64,000 nt of DNA. Origin: the human T2T-CHM13v2.0 reference genome, Homo sapiens. The stretch lies in NCBI RefSeq assembly GCF_009914755.1, contig NC_060925.1; one strand, given 5' to 3'. Position 1 is the stretch's first letter, and each line of letters opens with the position of its first letter. Under the pieces are notes generated by a model, which saw only the letters and a program-made list of their open reading frames with translations, was not told the DNA's origin and made no database searches. Shown here piece after piece: positions 50,318 through 64,000 of the stretch. The position numbers and the translations under genes are program-made.

Positions 50318-51470
50318 CTATGGAGTGAAGATGAATGAATGACGAGATAACATTAACGTTTGCAGTGGATGACTTTGCAGCTGATGGATTATGTACAAGT
50401 TTAAAACAGAGTTTTATTATGGTTTCAAAAACCATCTATTTTATTGCTCATCTCATTTTCACCATGTTAAGCTGCTTTAATGACAATGCATAAGTAGTAT
50501 CAAAATGGCTTCTATATATTTTTGGTCTTTAAAAAATGATGAGTATTTCAGTGATTATATAATATTCAGAGTGTTGCAAAGAATGAAACTTTTATCTGTG
50601 TGATCTATATACATGCACATATCTAGTAAAAATATATAAAAAGTAAAAACATACTTCTCAACTGGTCTCAGACCAAAAAAGAAATCAGTAACTTTATATT
50701 AAAGAAAAGAAAAAGTTTAGAATAATTTCTTTCACTTTTTCATTATTATCAAAAACTACTATTCAGGTTTGTCATATACTAAATCAAATATAAATCATTT
50801 GCAATATTAGAAATGGAATTAAAAATTTTATTTAGGAACAGGATTTCCCTCCAAAGTCAACACAGATGAGAAGTATATTTTGAGATATCATGCAGTATTA
50901 GCTATCAAGCAACTAGTCTTAAGTAAGCAAAACCTAATTCAGCTAAGGTATAACAAATTTCATACTTTGCAACACAGTACAAATTAAAATGGATTTTTGC
51001 TTCTGGTATTCAGTCTTATAGCACGGGGATCATATACTGTTCACATTCAATTTCAACTTATTGCCAGTCTTTCTATTCGGTGATTAGGAAGAAAATAACA
51101 AGATAGTAAATGTTAAATGAAAATGATACAATAGTTACACTTTAAACCAAAAGCAAATAGAAAACTGTTGGGTTTTTTCCTCCACGTAAAAAATTTAAAA
51201 ATTGCTATTAAAGACGTGCTACCCCTAAAGAAGAAACTGTTATAAAAGCCATCAATTGCATAAGCAGCAGGCACTGAAATATTGATAGGGTGTGTAAGGA
51301 AGAAAGAAGACAGAGATAGGAAATAGGAAAGAAGAACATTACTGGTGCAATTGGTGGTACTCATGCATAGTAGTTGGAAAATGTGCTAAGTAAACAAAAA
51401 TACACACTTTTTAATGATTAAAAAAAGCAAGCCACTGAAATCATAGTATATACTAAAAAGTAATGTTCTA

Positions 51471-51611
<141 letters not shown>

Positions 51612-54599
51612 CTAAGCATATAATAGAAAGCAGTTTGAAAGGAAAGAAATATTACATGTTGCATGCTATAAATTATTCTTAAAGAAATTCAGATCTTCTA
51701 ATGCAAACATGTTTTTAATTAGTACTGTTAAAGCAACCAAAATTTGTAGGCACCTATAGAGTATTAGTTCACCAAAATTATCTTATTATATAACACAATT
51801 TTAAAAAAAATCACCAAGACCATTAAGTATAGTATTTAAAGGTAATTTTTCTTTATGTAAAGGAATACTCTTGAAGTACCAATAACTAATGTTCCCACAG
51901 CACCACACCCCCAAACTTTCTTTAAAGATAGTACAAGTTAGCAACAGGTAATTTCCTCTGTATCTAACTGAGGTTTAAAGGAAAAAATGGAAGAAAAACA
52001 CTCCATTCTTTGTTATAAACTTTAATTTCATTCCATCTCTCATCAACTGAAAACTACTATGCAGTGATACCCCATAATTCTATTTGAGCTTGCTACCACC
52101 TTCACTCTCTTTTAGGGACAGACAGGAGAAATAAAGTAAAAACTTAAGAAAAAAATGATACCTAATATTTACTCCTTCCTAATAATGGATTTGGAGCTGC
52201 ACTTATAATAATAATGGGCTACTATTTATTAATAAATATTATAAGGAAAAACATTATGCTGGGGCTGTTTATAGGAATTATATCTTCATCATCATCTTCA
52301 TTAATTTAAAATTTCTTTAAAACGCTACTAAAGTATATGTCCAGAAGTTAATTTATGTTTATCTCTGTCTGAAAGGGGTTACTGTGATTCCAGGTGAAGG
52401 AAACAGAGGCTTTTCTTCTATTTCCTAAAACTGACTGTTGGTCAGAATCAATTGAGAAGCTTTATAAAATTCAGATCCTGGGCTCTATCTCTATAAATTC
52501 GATTCAGTAATTTGGACTGGGGACTTGAGAATCTAATAATTGGAACTGGAGCAAGTTGTAAAAGATTTTTAAAGAATTATTAGGGTAAGAATAGCAAAGA
52601 CAATCGAAGACAAGCTGATGTAAACATATCAGGACATGAGTACAGACCCAAACCAGAAACCACCAAAGGAAAGACAGGTAAAAGTGAAGAGTTGGAACAA
52701 CTGTAATCAACTCTGTCTAGATATTAGTGTCATTTGGGAAGCTTAACAACAACAGTAACTAACAAATGTGCAGCGCCCTACCTTAAAACAATTAAATCAG
52801 AATTGCTGTGAGTGCGGCCCAGACATCAGTATTTTTTAAATACTTCAAGAGAAAATTTTAAAAAGAAAAGAAAGAAAAACCGCAACCCTCAAGGGCTTAG
52901 GTTTCAGGAGAATATTTCCTCCACCTTTTTTCATTTTTTCCCAAATATATAGAGAAGTTGAAATGGTGGTACAATAATCACCCATTTCTAATCATTTTTG
53001 ACAGTGATTGTCTAATATGGGAGTTAAGGTTCCAATCCAGGCTCTCCTGCTTACTAGCTGTAAAATCTAAGATAAATTACTTAATTTCTTTTTCAGTTTC
53101 TTAACTATAAAATAAAAATGATGAGAGTGTCTCCCTTCACATGGTAAGAATCAAATTAAATAATGGAAGTAAATTACTAAGTTCAATGCCTTGAATATAG
53201 TAAACTCTCAAAAACAGCTTTATAAAAATTTCCCATACATATTTTTCTTAAAATGCTTTCTATCAAAGTAAATTAGACAATATCAAAATACTAGTAAGAT
53301 TATGCAATCAGATTTGTTTAAAATAAAATATCTGCCTTCTCAGAATCCCATTACAATATTTCGAATAAAAGCAAACCAAAAGGCTTATGTTTTTCATAGA
53401 AGTTAAAATAAAGTTCTCATTAGTCTCCAAAATTATGTCCAAGCCCAAAATTATGTCTTTTTTGTATAAAAGTGTAAAGTTCTTCCTACCATATTCAATT
53501 TTTACAGTCACTACTCATGTTACAAAAATAACAAAACATGAGCATTTGATTTTTGCAAAATTATAACTGTCCTCTTTTCTCTCATGAATTTCCACAAAAA
53601 GAATAAGAACTTTGCTGTACTCTTAAATTTACTTAACTTACTGTTTAATAATTTCCTTTAAAACTACAATATATGATAATCGCTAATATGAGAATAAAAA
53701 AATCTCTTTGTGCTATGAATTATATTTATATACACAATACTGATGTTCTGAACAGTTGTAATTACACTAGTCAAAGCTAACTATTTAAAGAAAACTTGTG
53801 GCCAGTTATTTGGCAAAGCAAGTAAATTCCATAATTCAGGTGTTATAAAGCTAAGAGTTATATCAAACAGCCCACATTTAAGCAAACTCATCACTTATAT
53901 TTAATATAATAACTTTATGTTTACCAATTTCCAACAAACATGGAACAGATTAACCAAATGTGTGCCCACGTGTATGTAAGTGTGAGGTTTTTTTTGCCAA
54001 ATCCCAGTAACACTATTGATTTCTTCCCTTACATATAGATAAGATCCTTGAGCAAGGCCCATACTGTATTTGATGTGACATCAACACTTGTGTTATATTA
54101 CAAAGATTTTGCTTCATATCCACAAGTCCTCAGCATAGTGCCTAGCACACAGTAAGCTCTCAGTGTTTGAGAAATTAAAAAAAGATGATATATGAGAAAG
54201 AAACGTATCAGTGCAAAATTCCACTGGCATTTGATAAAAAGCAATAAAGTTCAGACCTGATGTAACCATGTATTTACATAACTGAATGTTAAAAGATGAT
54301 TACTAGAATTAAGAAAGCACAGCTAGTTTTGGCAATATAAGTATGAAGAAGTCTCACAAATATTTTCACATTTACATTACAGCCACTGGAGTAATAAAAG
54401 CCTGTTCAGGTTATATAAATATTCTTAAATTTTAGGAGTTCTGTATTTTATACTGGGGAATAAAATATAACCAAAACTTTCATAAAGTCAAATCTCTGCA
54501 GACCTTTAAATACATAATTAATCCCAATAGTAAGAGGGCAAACAAAAGCATAATTCTGTTCTTAAACAAGTGATCTAGTCCTGCGGTGTTAACTCATAC

Positions 54600-56050
<1,451 letters not shown>

Positions 56051-56069
56051 CTAGAGAATAATTACTATA

Positions 56070-56670
56070 ATTTTTATTTTTATTTAATTTTGTGGGTACA
56101 TAGTAGACATATGTATTTATGGTTTACATGAAATATTTTGATAAAGATGTATCATGTGTACTAATCACATCAGGATGAGTGGGGTATCCATCACCCCAAG
56201 CATTTATCCTTTGTGATACAAAGAATCAAATTATATATACACTTCTAGTTATTTTTAAATAACTAAATAATAAACAGTATTTACCTATTTAATTATACAA
56301 ATCACCCTGTTGTGCTATCAAATACTAGATCTTATGCACTCTTTCTAATTATTTTTCTGTACCCATTAACTATCTCCATTTCCCTCCTAACACCCACTGC
56401 CCCTTCCCAGTCTTTGGTAACTATCATTCTACTCTCCATCTCCATGAGTTCAGTTGTTTTAGTTTTTACCTTCTACAAATAAGTGAGAACATGTGAAGCT
56501 TGTCTTTCTGTGCCTGGTTTATTTCACTTAATATGATGATCTCCACTTCCATCCTTGTTGCAAATGACAGGATCTCATTCTTTTTTATGGGTGAATGGTA
56601 TGCCATTGTATATATGTACCACATTTTGTTTATCCAGTCATCTGTTGATGGACACTTAGATTGCTTTCAA
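56070..56670 (-). mobile_element. L1MA-like 3' end (sense to DOCK7)
   Basis: Reverse L1 3'UTR (AAGTGAGAACATG..TCTTTCTGTGCCTGG..GATGGACACTTAG). Confidence 0.85.
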
Positions 56671-57293
56671 ATGAGAGGAATCATTTTTTTCAAAATGAGA
56701 AAAACAATAGCATGCCTATATGTGAATGGGAATGATTCAGTATTTAGGGAGAAACTGATGATGTGGAAGAGATATGGAAAAACTGGTGGAGTGTAGATCT
56801 TGAGCAGGTGAGACCAGATGAGAGCTTGAGTGAAAGAAATTAATTTAGAAAAATAAATAGCTCATCTATTCATTTTTAATACAGAAGAGTATTAGGCAGT
56901 AGATAGTAGATGGTAATAGGTAGCTAGATAGCATGGTAAAAGTTTATCAAAGTCTTCTTCTGATGGTTTCAGTTGTCTCAATGAAATGGGAGATAAAATG
57001 AGAAAAGGAATGAGGGGAGAGGTGTTAGGAGGTTTGAGGTAATGAAAGAAGGAATTAAATCATTTCCTGGGAGAACAGGAAAGTGATGGAGATACAGAAA
57101 TACAGTATAATTGCCCAATAGCATTAAGGGCTCTCTTGAGGTTTATTTCAAATGAGATCAATCACCATGGTATTTCTCAAGACATGTTTAGCTGCACAGA
57201 TGCTGACATGGCACAGGCAGTCAATTGGGTTTAACTATGGTTTCAAGGTTTGGGAAAGATAAGGGAACTGAGGTTTGATTATAATGGGAGTAA

Positions 57294-57594
<301 letters not shown>

Positions 57595-57821
57595 GATGGG
57601 AATAATTATAATGATTGCCCACAGACATTAAGCTGGCTAAGGAAGAAGAGAGAACATTAAGGGGGTGAGACACAGTAAAAAGGTTGGAGGATCAAGATTA
57701 GAGATTGCAAAGGAGTAGATAAACTAAGTTGAGGTACTACAAGAAAAACAGGAGATAACAGAGAACAAAATACATGAAATTGAGATTGTGAAAATTAAAG
57801 TTATTGGTAATGACAAGATTG

Positions 57822-58051
57822 CAGGGGTGTCCAATCTTTTGGCTTCCCTGGGCCATACTGGAAGAAGAATTGTCTTGGGCCACACATAAAATACACTAAC
57901 ATTAATGACAGCTGATGAACTTACAAAAAAAAAAAAAAAATCCCTGAACAAACTCATAATGTTTTAAGAAAGTTTACAAATTTGTGCTGAGCTGCACTCA
58001 AAGCTGTCCTGGGCCACATGTGGCCTGCAAGCCACAGGTTGAACAAGTGTG
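57822..58051 (+). mobile_element. MER30 (hAT-Charlie MITE)
   Basis: CAGGGGTGTCCAATCTTTTGGCTTCCCTGGGCC start; ~230 bp. Confidence 0.85.
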
Positions 58052-59299
58052 ATATAAGGGAAGACCATGACTGAGGTGGAGTGGAAAACAAGATCACCTG
58101 AAGAAGAGTTTCTTGAACTGCCAGGTCAATAAAATAAGAAAAAATGAAGGGTAGCTATAAATAAACTTTAGATTCCTTATAATTTTGAGATAAAATTATA
58201 TACATTATTAGTGATTACAACTAAACTCAATAGGAAGGTAGCTATCAAAAATTTTGCAATAAAAAGAAAACAACATAAAAACTATGTAAATAATACTTGA
58301 TTAGGACAAGGCTGACAAATTCTCATCTTGCAATGGCTTTCTAAGAAACTACCTTGTATTTATATATTTGTATATATTTTTATATATATTTTAAAAATCA
58401 TTGATCCATTTAAAGTACATCTTGAAAAAAGGCAAAAAATCATTACATATATATATAGGCCTCTTTGTTCTAAATCTTGAGTTTATAATCTATCAAACCT
58501 AAAAGAAATAAATAGAATTATGCTAAATGAGTCTTAATGTAAATCTTACAAAAATTAAGAGACATTTTAAAAGAACCTTAAGGAAATGCTGTCTATAGCT
58601 TCTTTTCTTTAGGAAAGTTTCTGAAAATCCAAAAATCAAACTTATTCTACTGAAGACCTATGCAGTATATAAATATACAGTATATAAATAATGCTACGTA
58701 CTACCTGTATTACAATAAAATATAATCAATAATGAAAACAGGAATAAAAAACCTGAGTTCTTTTCTTAAACATGGAAATAAATGTGTGTGGGGGGTGGGG
58801 GAAGCGTTCTCTTTTCGCAGCTGCCATAGTACTCAGGTTACTCTGCAGTATCCCTTATAAATAACTCTGAGTATCACTCTTTCTAGTTTACAAAAATGGA
58901 AAATTGTTTAATCACTCTTCTGGATATTTTTTGGAGAAGAGGATCTCATGACTTGAATCAATGATGACATCTCTCTTCTACATATCAGTCACAGATTTAT
59001 TTTAATTCTATATGAAATCAATCTAGCCATTTTTCACATGATGGAGTATCAGACTGACAACAATAAGTTATACGCAACTAGTGATTCCAGACAAATTTTA
59101 GAATTTTTAGTGGAGTAGTTTGTAAGAGCAAGCATATTTAACAGAAAAATAAAACAGTGTTTACTGATAGAACAGAAATGTACAATTCCTTCCTAATTCC
59201 TAACTTACATACATCTCAAAATTCAGAATACATTACAACAACTGGATATTTCTCGTTTGTTCACAAAACAAAAACCAAATTTACAGATGCATGTCTTCA

Positions 59300-59503
<204 letters not shown>

Positions 59504-59593
59504 TTAAAGAAAATTAGTCAGGAAAGGATCTGAAAAAAAATCTCTGCCACTTTAGAAAATTCCACAAAGATCATGAATTGCTTTGGTTTCTAA

Positions 59594-59943
<350 letters not shown>

Positions 59944-59956
59944 TAGGCAGGTGCCA

Positions 59957-60200
59957 TTTTTTTTTTATTAAGAGGCAGCACTGGAGTGCAGCAGTGAGAC
60001 CATAGTTCACTATAATCTTGGACTCCTGGACTCCCACCTCAGCCTCCTGAGTAGCTAGGACTACAGGCACACACCACCATGCCCGGGTAAATTTCTCTCT
60101 CTTTTTTTTGTAGAGACGGGGTCTTGCTATGTTGCCCAGGCTGGTTTTGAACTCCTGGCCTCAAGCAATCCTCCTCTCTTGGCCTCCTTGAAGCACTGGG
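59957..60200 (-). mobile_element. Degenerate AluJ
   Basis: Reverse Alu with deletions. Confidence 0.75.
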
Positions 60201-60375
60201 AAATGTTTTTTTTAGAAAGAAAGAAAATAAAAACACTCAAGAACTAATGATTGCTGTACAAAGATACTCTATTTTACAGCAGTTTATAAAACCATATGAA
60301 CTATAAATAAAATCATTATCTCTTCAGTATTTCTATAATTGTATATTACACATACAATAAAAACCAAAATAGGAA

Positions 60376-60432
60376 ACACACACACACAGACGTGTGCGTG
60401 CGTGCGCGCACACACACACACACGCACACGCA
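60376..60432. repeat. Compound (CA)/(GT)/(GC) alternating purine-pyrimidine repeat
   Basis: Direct read. Confidence 0.9.
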
Positions 60433-60551
60433 GCCCTTTCACTTCGGTATAGTTGGTATTTCGGACCCAAGATGCTCCAGCTGGTGTCTCTTCCTTTTTT
60501 CCCACCTCTCCTACTCTGCCCCTTGACAGTCACTAGAGAGAGTGCCAATTT

Positions 60552-60651
60552 ATTGCTAACATCTCTTAAATTAAACCGTGTTTTATTTCTCTACCTTCAT
60601 TACTGCTAACATCTTTTAAATGAGAGCATGTTTCATTTCTCTATCTTCATC
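60552..60651. repeat. Diverged 50-bp tandem duplication (2 copies, 41/50 identical)
   Basis: Manual alignment of 60552-60601 with 60602-60651. Confidence 0.85.
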
Positions 60652-60745
60652 AGTGACAATGTGAATAACAAAATAGTATCTTTATGATATACATACAAAA
60701 AACTAAAGATAATTTTCAGATCCAAAGTGATAAAAAAGCAAAGGC

Positions 60746-61148
<403 letters not shown>

Positions 61149-61904
61149 TTATCTTCATCTTTCTGAATGTCATATTTGCAAATGATATTAATACATACCT
61201 GTTGCCTAATTAATTCATACAATCTTTCAGGTCAGCATGTAAAAAAAAGATGCTTTGCAAAATCTGTGGAATTCTAATAGTGTACTGAATAAAACAGTAA
61301 ATGGAGGAGCACTGTAGATATTACATAATCACTCACACATTCATGTCCTCAAGTGGTATAATTTTAAAAATTAACATAGGAAATTATAAACCAGAATATA
61401 AATGTCAATTGCTTTTCTTTTTGCAATTAAGTAAAGAAATAAATTGGGCTAAAATTTAAAATCAGGTTACTATTATGTCTAGTGTTCATAACGAACGTCA
61501 CAATTATTAGTCACCGTTATCAATGTCAACATTGCCAAAAGCTGATAAAAGGCACTTGCCATTATCATTAATGTCATACAGACATGTATGTGAGTAGGTT
61601 AAATGATACGCACAACATAATCATTAGTTAGTTAAATGAACAACCAAAGGATTATTCACACTAAGACATCTCCCACCGTTACCTCCACTATCACCAGTGG
61701 TACACAAAAGACAATAACAAGTCGAGTCTCCAGTACTCAGAAAGGTTATATTATTTCACTGACCACGAAGAGATCAGAACTTTCCTAGAGAACAATCTTC
61801 TATATCACTGTAGGTTTCAAAGGGTTTTCAGGAAACTACCGAGCCACCACATTTCTCCTTTAATGCCCAACAGCACTCTGAATGACAAATACAAGATTCT
61901 ATTT

Positions 61905-62133
<229 letters not shown>

Positions 62134-62353
62134 TAACTCAACCAAGAACTCTAATTCAAACTAAAGCAAACTGTATAAAAAAAGATGTCTAAAAATGTAA
62201 CTTATTTATCTCTTTAACTTCAGCACCTAGCACAGTGAATGGTACTTAGCAGGTGTTCAATAAATGTTTGCCTTTGAATAAATGGATCACAGTATGGACT
62301 ACAAAATTATCTCAATACTGACATGAACATATAATTTATGAAAGACAGCTTCA

Positions 62354-62614
<261 letters not shown>

Positions 62615-63599
62615 TCATCTTTGCATACTTTAAGTATAGTGACTACACAGTAAGTGTATAAAGATGATTACTATTTGATATTGACTTTTAATTACACGTT
62701 GCATTAGCTGAGCCAAAAATACTTTTCTGAACAAAATGAGAACTCATTTTACTAATTTAAGATGAAAATTATATGGGTTTGATTAGTCAAAAAAGAAAAC
62801 AATGCTCAACGGATATGTTATTTAGTAAAACAATACAAAGTACATAAGAAAAAAGAAAATACATCGTGTGTAATACCTTAAAAAGCAATTTTTCATTTTA
62901 AAGATTACTCCAAAAATCTAAATAGCATATAAGGGCATATATTACTTTTGTTTAAAAAAATTAAAAATATCAATAATAAAAGAGATTATTGAAAATAATA
63001 ACAGTATAATAAGAAAATAGTGAATAAGCAACTTGATTGGAATGAGTGAATCTGTAAAATGATTAGAAGGAAAAAAAAAAAAAGAGGGGGCTAGAAAAAC
63101 AGGTTGAGGTAAGACTACAGCATTTTAAATCCCAGGCTAAGCAATACCTACTCGGTCACTCAAGTCAGTATGTAACAATAATTTTACAAAAATTGGAGAA
63201 TTGTGATAAATTGCACACTGCATAAATGGGTAAACTGAACAGCCACTTTGAGCAATAGGATCTTAGATTCTATAATTTATTTAACCAAGACAGGAAATTA
63301 TGAAGAGATAATGAGGCCAATTAAGTTTTCCCAAAAGTAGAATAATCAGATAAAATGGTCATTTAGGAAGATTAATCTATATATACTGAACTAGAGGGGA
63401 AAGAGACCAGAGACAGAAACCTGAGCGAAGTTAAGCGATCCTACCTGTGTTTCTGGTTAATCCTTTTCCTTTTTCTTACAGTAGCTACTCCAAGTTACAA
63501 GAATCCTTCTCAAAACTAAGGTCCTCCTTAATTCCTCCTTAGCAAATCTTGCCTTCTACCTCACAGAAGAAATGTATAAAGCATGAAAGTTCTCATGTT

Positions 63600-63784
<185 letters not shown>

Positions 63785-64000
63785 TGAAATTACTTTATCT
63801 CCTCTCCAAAGGAAGTAGTGCCCTCTCCTATGTAAGAGTGATCTATCTATCACCTTTACTCTTGTCTCCCAGAATTGCTTCATTAATTAACCTCTTTTCT
63901 CCCCATGTATTTTTCTCCCTTCTCCCATTTGAGCATGTTTAGATGCTGATTTCTCTCAGCACATAAACATGCTAAAATGTCTCCACTCTTTTGCCCTACT

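Noticed and set aside
51113-51364. 83-aa ORF and strong-looking acceptor TTTCTTCTTTAG| at 51224 as an extra exon
   Set aside because: Immediate stop in the DOCK7 frame (GGG TAG), no convincing donor, low-complexity hydrophobic translation

Overview
Primate (human-like) genomic DNA, AT-rich and repeat-dense, lying entirely inside DOCK7 (dedicator of cytokinesis 7, a DOCK-C Rac/Cdc42 GEF) on the minus strand. I traced 20 consecutive coding exons from 62538 down to 858 (2786 nt with the longer donor). All have canonical GT-AG boundaries and compatible phases. They encode the central region after DHR-1 up to the start of the DHR-2 GEF domain; from memory these are about exons 21-40, and that numbering is not verified. 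They include a 93-nt symmetric cassette exon and an exon with two in-frame donors 27 nt apart. The introns hold about 35 Alu/FLAM copies (two nested, several closely spaced inverted pairs), young and old L1 pieces, L2/MIR, Tigger2a, MER30 and a 5'-truncated UBA52 processed pseudogene. Most entries in the ORF track are Alu/L1 or AT-rich artefacts. I see no evidence of a new biological system. The most interesting leads are small: two non-L1 polyadenylated inserts with TSDs (an LTR 3' end and an orphan sequence), a composite 14-bp-repeat/G18/NF-E2-ARE element that overlaps a consensus 5' splice site, and candidate poison or cryptic exons.
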